NCBI GenBank assembly: GCA_038217285.1
Contig: JBBQPO010000156.1
Span: forward strand, 1 to 14,789
Origin: Chthonomonadales bacterium
Lineage (GTDB): Bacteria > Armatimonadota > Chthonomonadetes > Chthonomonadales > Chthonomonadaceae
Length of the DNA stretch: 14,789 nucleotides
Reading direction: 5' to 3'
Part shown: piece by piece, positions 8,178 to 14,789 of the stretch
How positions within the stretch are numbered: the first letter of the stretch is position 1
How the letters are laid out: every line of letters begins with the position of its first letter
Translations under genes and position numbers: made by a program
The notes under the pieces: generated by a model
What the model was told of the DNA's origin: nothing
What the model saw: only the letters and a program-made list of their open reading frames with translations
Database searches by the model: none

Positions 8178-8209
8178 AAAAAACCCGACAATCACATGGC
8201 GGGTTTTTT
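8178..8209. terminator. Bidirectional intrinsic terminator between convergent genes
   Basis: AAAAAA-CCCGACA-atcaca-TGGCGGG-TTTTTT: a GC stem with one mismatch, flanked by A and T tracts. Confidence 0.75.
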
Positions 8210-8245
8210 GCTTGCTTGCTGTTTCTTATGTTTTTCGCGTACTCT

Positions 8246-8632
8246 TCACCAAATTCTGTCTACACCAAAGGCGTCGAACCTTTCATCACTGGTTACAATT
8301 GGGACAGATAGAACCAGCCCCTGAGCGATTATCAGACGATCAAACGGATCTTTGTGCTCTTGCTGAAATGCAGCGACTCTGGAAAGATGGTCTATCTCAA
8401 TCGGAAGCAATTCCAGGTCATAAGCCTTCAGGTGGTAGCGTACAAAATCATCGAATGGTAAAGCAATCTCTATCCGGCCTATACTCATCTTGATCACGAT
8501 TTCCCATACGCTTGCTATGCTCAACAAGCATCGGTTCCTTGGGTCCACCACGACCTGCTTCGCTTTCAAGCTGAGTTTAGGATCGTTTTGACAGAGAAAA
8601 AGGAGCACGCAAGTGTCGAGGATCACGTCCAT
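8246..8632 (-). CDS. vapC: Type II toxin-antitoxin PIN-domain toxin (VapC family)
   Basis: ILDTC, SIASVWEIVIK, HKDPFDRLIIAQ, IVTSDERF acidic PIN motifs; 128 aa. Confidence 0.93.
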   Translation of the reverse strand: MDVILDTCVLLFLCQNDPKLSLKAKQVVVDPRNRCLLSIASVWEIVIKMSIGRIEIALPFDDFVRYHLKAYDLELLPIEIDHLSRVAAFQQEHKDPFDRLIIAQGLVLSVPIVTSDERFDAFGVDRIW

Positions 8633-8898
8633 TACAGGTAGTCTTTGAAATCTTCTAACGGCGCGTCGAAATCATCGGCCACAGAGCAGATATGGCTTAT
8701 CACTTTGCCGGGGATTCGCATTTTCTCTTTTGGAATACCTTTCGCCATCAAGTCCTGCACAACAGCCTCTGTGGCCGTCATGGATCGCGCCTCATTTTCT
8801 GAAACAGACGACAAAAAGATACTGGTGCAGACTTCGCCGGGAGAAACCTGCACATTGGCGACTTTAGCCGACGCATTTACTTTTGAAGCTGTAGCCAT
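8632..8898 (-). CDS. Putative antitoxin with DUF2281-like C-terminus
   Basis: C-terminal ADDFDAPLEDFKDYL is typical of antitoxins preceding PIN toxins. TAATG overlap with the toxin; AAGGGGG RBS. Confidence 0.78.
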   Translation of the reverse strand: MATASKVNASAKVANVQVSPGEVCTSIFLSSVSENEARSMTATEAVVQDLMAKGIPKEKMRIPGKVISHICSVADDFDAPLEDFKDYL

Positions 8899-8959
8899 GA
8901 GACCCCCTTGAAGGAACTGCCTGCCTATCCATTTGTCTTGCTTTAGGCAACTCCCAAGA

Positions 8960-9021
8960 ATTACCGCTCCACATCCGGACCCCTTCTGAACTCAAACGAG
9001 ACGGAATTGTGGAGCGATAAT
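8960..9021. repeat. 14-bp imperfect inverted repeat upstream of the TA operon
   Basis: ATTACCGCTCCACA (8960-8973) / TGTGGAGCGATAAT (9008-9021), 13 of 14 matching. Confidence 0.6.
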
Positions 9022-9093
9022 AGTTTGGCGGTTCCTAAGAGGCGTTACGCCGATATTTTCGCTGCACTCCCAGGATAGAATGTTAACGCAATT

Positions 9094-9124
9094 TCCCCGA
9101 CAGCGGAACGTGTGCTGTCGGGGA
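9094..9124 (-). terminator. Stable hairpin downstream of the PEP-CTERM gene (terminator-like or RNA-stabilising)
   Basis: TCCCCGACAGC-N9-GCTGTCGGGGA perfect 11-bp stem about 50 nt after the stop codon; no clear U tract. Confidence 0.5.
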
Positions 9125-9171
9125 GATTTGTGAGGGGCGCATAGAACGTTGAGGGTGCCTTGTATTGCCGC

Positions 9172-10098
9172 CTAGTTTCCCGCAGTTCCCTGCGCCGTGA
9201 CTTCCTTGCTTAATTTCCTGCGCCGGCGTGCGAAGAACACGCTGCTGGAGAGACCCATTCCCACGAAGAGAGCGATGCTGCCGGGTTCCGGGGTAGGCGC
9301 AAATGCGATATAGTTGACGTTTGTAATGCCGCTCGCGTAGGTAGATTGCACACCGCCCGGCGTGAATTTGAAGATGTTGCCGCTATTGTTGTCTGCCTCA
9401 TAAAGGTTGCCCGGCGTGTCAAAGGCAAGACCTCCGGGAGAGCTCAAACCTGTGGCGAAAGTAGACTGTGCGCCAGCGGGCGTGAACTTATAGATATTGC
9501 CGCCGCCGTTATCCGCCTCATAGAGATTGTCCGTACTGTCGACAGCCAGGCCCACCGGGCTGTTCAAACCGGTGGCGAAAGTTGAAGCAACACCGCCGGG
9601 GGTAATCCTGGTGATCGAGTTGCCAAAGATGTTTGCCGCGTAGACGTTGCCGCTGCTGTCGATGGCCAGACCGCGAGGGCTGTTCAATCCGCTGGCGAAG
9701 ACCGAGGAGACGCCACCCGACGTGAATTTGAGGACAGTATTGGCATTGGAGTTTGCCACATATAGGTTGCCCGTAGAGTCGAAAACCAGACCGTCGGGGC
9801 TGTTCAATCCGCTGGCGAAGACCGAGGAGACGCCGCCCGGTGTGATCTTACCGATGGTACCGTCGTTGCCGTTTGCCTCATAGAGGTTGCCCAGACTGTC
9901 GAAGGCCAGACCGGCAGGCTCGGCCAGTCCGCTGGCGAAGGTAGAGACGGCGCCGCCAGTAGTGACCTTGAAGATAGCGCCGGTAAACTGGGCCGTTGCA
10001 TAGAGATCGTTCGCCTGGGCGGTCTGTTCCGCGCCAAGGACACATAGAGCAAACCCGGCACTGAGAGAGAAGAGATTGCGAACGAGTGTGTTGGTCAA
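9172..10098 (-). CDS. Secreted NHL-repeat six-bladed beta-propeller protein with PEP-CTERM sorting signal
   Basis: Signal-peptide-like N-terminus ending AQA; six 40-aa repeats (NLYxAx4GxIxKxTPGGxxSxFASGLxxPxGLAxDSxG); C-terminal PTPEPGSIALFVGMGLSSSVFFARRRRK. A TTG start at 10098 is preferred over 10164 but is uncertain. Confidence 0.88.
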   Translation of the reverse strand: MTNTLVRNLFSLSAGFALCVLGAEQTAQANDLYATAQFTGAIFKVTTGGAVSTFASGLAEPAGLAFDSLGNLYEANGNDGTIGKITPGGVSSVFASGLNSPDGLVFDSTGNLYVANSNANTVLKFTSGGVSSVFASGLNSPRGLAIDSSGNVYAANIFGNSITRITPGGVASTFATGLNSPVGLAVDSTDNLYEADNGGGNIYKFTPAGAQSTFATGLSSPGGLAFDTPGNLYEADNNSGNIFKFTPGGVQSTYASGITNVNYIAFAPTPEPGSIALFVGMGLSSSVFFARRRRKLSKEVTAQGTAGN

Positions 10099-10185
10099 GA
10101 TATGCGCTTCTTTCTTTGTCCCCTGGGAAGGGGTACCGTGTAAATGGTGTCGTCGCTGCGGCACGTCGTTGCTTGCTACAGGGAG

Positions 10186-10191
10186 AGTATA
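10186..10191 (-). promoter_or_regulatory. Candidate -10 box (TATACT) of the PEP-CTERM gene
   Basis: AGTATA on the + strand reads TATACT on the - strand, 10 bp from the nearest repeat core; no canonical -35, whose position falls within the repeat array. Confidence 0.55.
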
Positions 10192-10201
10192 ACCCGCCGT
10201 G

Positions 10202-10374
10202 CGTCACAGATTCTGGATCCAACGTCACTGATTTCCGCCTTACCGTCACTGATTTCACGACCGCATTTGGGAGGCAGGGAGCTCTGCCACGAGCGAACCG
10301 GCTTTTTGCGTTCTGTCAAGCACCAGCGTCACTGTTTTGCCTTGCAGCGTCACACAATCGCGATGCAGCGTCAC
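10202..10374. repeat. Two triplets of phased direct repeats (core CGTCAC, 21-bp period); probable activator binding sites
   Basis: CGTCAC starts at 10202, 10223, 10244 and 10327, 10348, 10369. Extended matches: CGTCACTGATTTC twice, TGCAGCGTCAC twice. Confidence 0.85.
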
Positions 10375-10550
10375 CAATCGGGCATTCTCGACTTTATCAG
10401 GTGTGACAACGAGGTGCGGCAGGCAGTCGGGCTGAAATCGTTGGGCTTGCGGGTATAACTTATGTAGGATCTGGTTTACGCAGAGCACAAGAAGAGACGG
10501 TTACAGTCTCTATACAATGAAATGGTATTTTGCCGAGGAGAAACTATCCG

Positions 10551-12836
10551 GTGTTGCGTCTGACCTTATTCGGCTCCCTCCAGGTGCGGCAGGGCGACAC
10601 GCCCCTTGCTGGCCTGCACCGCCGCGAAGGCGGCCGTGTTCTCGCCTATCTCGCCCTCGAACAGGGCGCTTCCGTCTCTTATCGCACGCTGGCGCGTCAT
10701 TTCTGGCCGTATGAGATCGACGATGCGGATCCTAATGGGGGCAACTTCAGGAACACGCGGCAGGCGATCTATGCGCTGCGTCAGCTTCTCGGGCCGGATG
10801 CCGCTCGACTGGAAACCAGAGGCAAAGGGATCGTTGCGCTCGACCTGGAGGGCGCGAACGTCGATTTTCTGGAGTTCGACCGACTGGTACAGCAGCACGA
10901 TGCCGTTGCCTGGGAACGCGCCGTCGAACTCTATCGTCGGCCGCTTTTGGAGGACTGGACGGAGAAGTGGGTCGAGGAGGCCCGTATACGACGACGGCGC
11001 TCCTTCGAGCGGGTCGTGCACGTGCTCGTAGAGGATGCACAAGGCGACGGGCGCTATGAGCCCGCCGAAGCCTGGCTGCGTCACGCCGTCGCGGTCTCGG
11101 CAGGCGGGGAGAGTTGGCATCGCGCCCTCCTTGAACTTCTGGCAATGCAGGGACGCATGGAGGTGGCGGAAGCCGAGTACGAACTGCTCCGGCGGGGTCG
11201 CATGCAAACGCAGACGCAACCCGACGAGGAGACGCAACAGCTGATGGCACGCCTGCGCCGCGAGGCTGGGCAAGCGCCCCGCGTGCAGCGCGTGACGACC
11301 GGCCCTACTTCGGTTTCCGCCGTACCGCAGTCCGCGCTCCCCCATGCCGCGCCGACCGCTGTTCCATCGAATGGAAGGCAGGTGGCGCTGCTCTACAAAC
11401 GCGACCTCCTGCCGGACGAAACGGTGATGCGCCTGTTGGAGAGGGAGCTGGCGCAGGCGGGCTATACCGTCTTCATAGATCGATATGTGAACGCAGGTGC
11501 GCTGTGGGCCAAAGAGATCGAGGCGCAGGTTCGCAACTCCTATGCGGTGGTCCCACTGCTTTCGGAGATCGCCGTGCAGAGCGAAATGTTCGATTACGAG
11601 ATTGAGACCGCTCACAGCGCCGCACAGGCGCAGCACGGCCTCCCTATGCTCCTGCCGATCCGCGTCTGCTACGACGCCCTCCTGCCGCCCGCGACCGCGA
11701 TGGCCGACATTCTGAATCCCTTGCAGCAGTTGCAGTGGCGCAGCGCGGACGACAACGACGCTCTCGTTGCCGCTGTGCTCAAGTCGCTTCTGAAGTCGCC
11801 GTCTCCCTCACCGCCGCGCCGAATCGAACCGATCGGCGGAGGAATGCCCGTCGACTCTCCGTACTACATCGAGCGCGCCGCCGACACCGATTTTGATACC
11901 GCGCTCTCAGAACAGCACGGTATTGTACTGGTGAAAGGCGCGCGACAGATGGGCAAAACTTCCCTCCTGGCGCGTGGTCTCCACCGGGCGAAGCAGCGCG
12001 GCACAAAAGTCGTGCGCACCGATTTGCAAAAGCTGGATCAGGCGCAGATGGAATCGCCCACCTCCTTCCTGCGCGCCCTGGCGGACACCATCGCCCTCCA
12101 GATCGGATTGCCGCCTCCCGCAAGAGAGACGTGGAATCCCTATATCGGCGCGAACCTGAACATGGAGATCTTTCTGCGCTATCAGGTGCTCGGCAGTTTC
12201 GACGGGCCGCTGATCTGGGCGCTGGACGAAGTGGATCGGCTCTTCACCTGTGATTTCGGCAGCCAGATTTTCGGGCTGTTCCGGGCATGGTACAACGAAC
12301 GCTCGCTGGATGCAGAGGGTCCCTGGAGCCGTGTGACCCTCGCCATCGCCTATGCGACCGAAGCGCATCTCTTCGTCACCGACCTAAACCAGTCGCCGTT
12401 CAATGTCGGCACCCATCTGGCGCTAGGCGATTTCAATCGGGTGGAGGTCGCGGAGCTCAACCGTCGCTGTGGCAGCCCACTTCCCGACCAGGACTCCCTG
12501 GAGCGGCTCTTCGCGCTCATCGGCGGGCAGCCCTATCTGACCCGCCGCGCTCTCAACGAACTTGCAACGCGCGGAATGACGCTGGATACCCTGGAGATGC
12601 AGGCGGGCCGTGACGAGGGCGTGTTTGGAGACCATCTGCGCCGCCTCGTGACGGCCCTGAGTCAGGACGACGCCCTGACTCAGATCGTCCGCTCGATGCT
12701 GCACGGGCAGCCTTGCCCCGACGCCGAAAGCTTCTATCGCCTGCGCAGCGCCGGGGTGCTCGCCGGCGAATGGGATGCAGAAATCACGTTCCGATGCAGT
12801 ATCTACCCTACCTACCTGATCCGACGCTTGTCCTGA
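10551..12836 (+). CDS. SARP/BTAD transcriptional activator fused to a TIR-like domain and an AAA_35 P-loop NTPase
   Basis: N-terminus LRLTLFGSLQV...VLAYLAL...LARHFWP...IYALRQLLG...VDFLEF...AVELYRRPLL...ESWHRALLELLA (SARP winged helix plus BTAD). Central TIR-like segment about 11376-11790 (GYTVFID...WAKEI...VVPLLS...YEIETA). Walker A GARQMGKT (11937-11960), Walker B ALDEVD, SPFNVG, GGQPYL. GTG at 10551 follows GAGGAG; alternative start TTG 10530. Confidence 0.88.
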   Translation: MLRLTLFGSLQVRQGDTPLAGLHRREGGRVLAYLALEQGASVSYRTLARHFWPYEIDDADPNGGNFRNTRQAIYALRQLLGPDAARLETRGKGIVALDLEGANVDFLEFDRLVQQHDAVAWERAVELYRRPLLEDWTEKWVEEARIRRRRSFERVVHVLVEDAQGDGRYEPAEAWLRHAVAVSAGGESWHRALLELLAMQGRMEVAEAEYELLRRGRMQTQTQPDEETQQLMARLRREAGQAPRVQRVTTGPTSVSAVPQSALPHAAPTAVPSNGRQVALLYKRDLLPDETVMRLLERELAQAGYTVFIDRYVNAGALWAKEIEAQVRNSYAVVPLLSEIAVQSEMFDYEIETAHSAAQAQHGLPMLLPIRVCYDALLPPATAMADILNPLQQLQWRSADDNDALVAAVLKSLLKSPSPSPPRRIEPIGGGMPVDSPYYIERAADTDFDTALSEQHGIVLVKGARQMGKTSLLARGLHRAKQRGTKVVRTDLQKLDQAQMESPTSFLRALADTIALQIGLPPPARETWNPYIGANLNMEIFLRYQVLGSFDGPLIWALDEVDRLFTCDFGSQIFGLFRAWYNERSLDAEGPWSRVTLAIAYATEAHLFVTDLNQSPFNVGTHLALGDFNRVEVAELNRRCGSPLPDQDSLERLFALIGGQPYLTRRALNELATRGMTLDTLEMQAGRDEGVFGDHLRRLVTALSQDDALTQIVRSMLHGQPCPDAESFYRLRSAGVLAGEWDAEITFRCSIYPTYLIRRLS

Positions 12837-12908
12837 AGATACCGTGGTTGAAACCCCGTTCTGAAAGAGAAAACCCGCCTTGACGATCGCCGCAGAAATG
12901 AGTGTAGA

Positions 12909-14789
12909 TTGCCGGAAGAGCCGTTTTACTTCACCGGGGGTACGCTGCCCCTGCACGCCAACTCCTACGTCGTGCGCGAAGCGGATGCCGAGCTGGTTTC
13001 CAGCCTGCTTCGCGGCGAGTTCTGCTATGTGCTCAACACCCGGCAAATGGGCAAATCGTCGCTCATGGTGCGCACCGCGCAGGAGCTGCGCAAGGCCTCT
13101 GCTGTCGCCTGTGTGCTGGATCTGACGGCGGTCGGTCAAGATCTTTCCCTCGATCAGTGGTACTTCGGAATGCTGTGGCACATGGCGATCGCGCTGGGCC
13201 TGCTGTCTGAAGTCTCGGCCTTCTGGCGCGACCACCAGGAGCTTGGCCCCTTGCAGCGCTGGATGGAGGCGCTGAAAGAGGTCGTTCTGCCCGCCCTTGC
13301 CGTTCGGGAGCAGGCCGGTGAGCCGAGCCGCCTGGTCGTCTTCATCGATGAGATCGACGCGGTCAAGAGTCTCACTTTTTCCACCGACGAGTTCTTTGGC
13401 GGCATCCGCGCCTGCTACAATCGCCGCGCCGAAAATCCCCTCTACGAACACCTCACCTTCTGCCTGCTCGGAGTCGCCTCGCCCGCCGACCTTATCAGTG
13501 ATGTGCGCCTCAGCCCCTTCAACATTGGATCGCGGATTATGCTCGCCGACTTCACCGCACGCGAGGCCGCTCCCCTGGCGAGCCATCTGCCGTCTCCGAC
13601 CGGTTCCGGAGCCGACGCCCTGTTGATGCGAGTGCTCTACTGGACGGGCGGGAATCCTTATATGACGCAGAGGCTCTGCCTCACACTCGCGCAGGAGGCC
13701 GAAAAGACGGCGGGAAGCAAGACAATATCCCGAGTGGACGTAGATACTCTGTGTGCGAAGCTGTTCTTAAACAAAGCGGCGCGTAATACGGACCCCAATC
13801 TGGCGTTCGTCCGCAGCCGCCTGTTGCGCAGCGACTGCGACTTGCCGGCGATGTTGGAGATGTATCGGAGCATCCGCGCAGGCAAAAAAGTGAAAGACGA
13901 CGAGACCGATCCCCTCTGCGTCACGCTGCGCCTTTCCGGGGTGGTGCGAGAGAAACAGGGCTATCTTGCCGTTCGCAACCGGATCTACGATCATGTTTTC
14001 GACGCGGCGTGGGTAGCGGCGCACATGCCGGACGCCGAACTTCGAAGGCAGAAGGCCGCCTATCGGTTGGGTATCCTGCGCACCGCGAGCGTGTCGCTCT
14101 CGGTGATCCTCGTGATGACCATTCTCGCGGTGACCGCGAAGGTAGAGGCCGGGAAGGCGGTCACCGCGACCGGTGAGGCGAGGCGCAGCCTGCTCCTCGT
14201 CACGACAAAGGAGGCGCTGGTACGGAGCCTCAACGCCTCTCTGACTCAGGCGCTGGCGCGGCAGGAGATTACCAATGGGCAGTTGAAATCGGCCCTGGCG
14301 GACGCCAAGCAACACGGTGACCGCGCTCGTAAGCAGACCACGCTGGCGCAGAAAGAGACTGGGCGGGCGAACGCCGCTACGGTTCGCGCGACAACGGCGA
14401 CCGGAGTGGCTCAGGCACAGACCAGGCTTGCGGTGCGGAGGCAGAGCGACCTGAATGCAGATACCGGAGCACGGCTGATCCAGGACGGCGACGCCGTCGC
14501 GGCGCTTCCGTCTCTCACCCGCGCGCTCAAGCTCGACCGAAGTGTGGGCGATACCGCACGGGAGAACCTGCGGCGGGTGCAGATCGCCGGGGTGCTTGCA
14601 CGCACGCCTCGCCTGGATCATATATGGTTTGCAAAGGAGGCGGTCACCAGCGCAGCGTTCAGCCCGGACGGCAGCCTGATCGCGACCCAAGCGGCAGGCG
14701 GCGAGGTGCAGGTAATAGATGCCAAAACTGATCGGCACTGCTGGTCCGCCCGACGTTCCAGCCAGGGCCAGAAGGTAGCCTTCAGCCCG
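12909..14789 (+). CDS. AAA_35 NTPase-domain membrane protein with TM helix, coiled-coil-like linker and WD40 repeats (partial, runs off window)
   Basis: Manual translation, open for 627 codons from TTG 12909: MPEEPFYFTGGTLPLHANSYVVREAD...YVLNTRQMGKSS...LVVFIDEID...SPFNIG...WTGGNPYMTQ...VRNRIY...RRQKAAYRLGILRTASVSLSVILVMTILAVTA (TM, about 14067-14138)...AVTSAAFSPDGSLIAT (WD40). Missing from the ORF track because there is no stop in the window. Confidence 0.9.
   Translation, partial: MPEEPFYFTGGTLPLHANSYVVREADAELVSSLLRGEFCYVLNTRQMGKSSLMVRTAQELRKASAVACVLDLTAVGQDLSLDQWYFGMLWHMAIALGLLSEVSAFWRDHQELGPLQRWMEALKEVVLPALAVREQAGEPSRLVVFIDEIDAVKSLTFSTDEFFGGIRACYNRRAENPLYEHLTFCLLGVASPADLISDVRLSPFNIGSRIMLADFTAREAAPLASHLPSPTGSGADALLMRVLYWTGGNPYMTQRLCLTLAQEAEKTAGSKTISRVDVDTLCAKLFLNKAARNTDPNLAFVRSRLLRSDCDLPAMLEMYRSIRAGKKVKDDETDPLCVTLRLSGVVREKQGYLAVRNRIYDHVFDAAWVAAHMPDAELRRQKAAYRLGILRTASVSLSVILVMTILAVTAKVEAGKAVTATGEARRSLLLVTTKEALVRSLNASLTQALARQEITNGQLKSALADAKQHGDRARKQTTLAQKETGRANAATVRATTATGVAQAQTRLAVRRQSDLNADTGARLIQDGDAVAALPSLTRALKLDRSVGDTARENLRRVQIAGVLARTPRLDHIWFAKEAVTSAAFSPDGSLIATQAAGGEVQVIDAKTDRHCWSARRSSQGQKVAFSP

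Noticed and set aside
9280-10010. Repeats in the NHL gene as a diversity-generating retroelement TR/VR pair
   Set aside because: The repeats are in-frame blades of one protein, differences are not restricted to adenines, and no reverse transcriptase is visible in the window.
10202-10374. Repeat cluster as a CRISPR array or replication iterons
   Set aside because: The conserved core is only 6-13 bp with a 21-bp period, too short for repeat-spacer units; no cas or rep genes in the window.

Overview
GC-rich bacterial chromosomal window. The PEP-CTERM tail style suggests Armatimonadota, but that is inference only. Left to right: the 5' end of ruvC (minus); a sugar ABC transporter lipoprotein and permease with no ATPase; a GNAT acetyltransferase; a two-gene arginine-catabolism operon resembling a split, reversed ArgZ/AgrE (TIGR00300-type ornithine cyclodeaminase-like gene plus arginine dihydrolase-like amidinotransferase) behind a structured leader; a GHMP kinase divergent from a TIM-barrel sugar-phosphate isomerase/epimerase; an AhpD/CMD-family peroxidase-like gene with an in-frame TGA in a CxxU motif followed by a SECIS-like hairpin (probable selenoprotein, split in the ORF track); a PIN/VapC plus DUF2281-like toxin-antitoxin pair; and a candidate signalling locus. 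That locus has a PEP-CTERM six-blade NHL propeller gene divergent from a SARP/BTAD-TIR-AAA_35 regulator and an AAA_35-TM-coiled-coil-WD40 membrane protein (absent from the ORF track, runs off the window). The intergenic region carries two triplets of CGTCAC direct repeats at exact 21-bp spacing. All domain calls come from motif recognition by eye; no searches were run.
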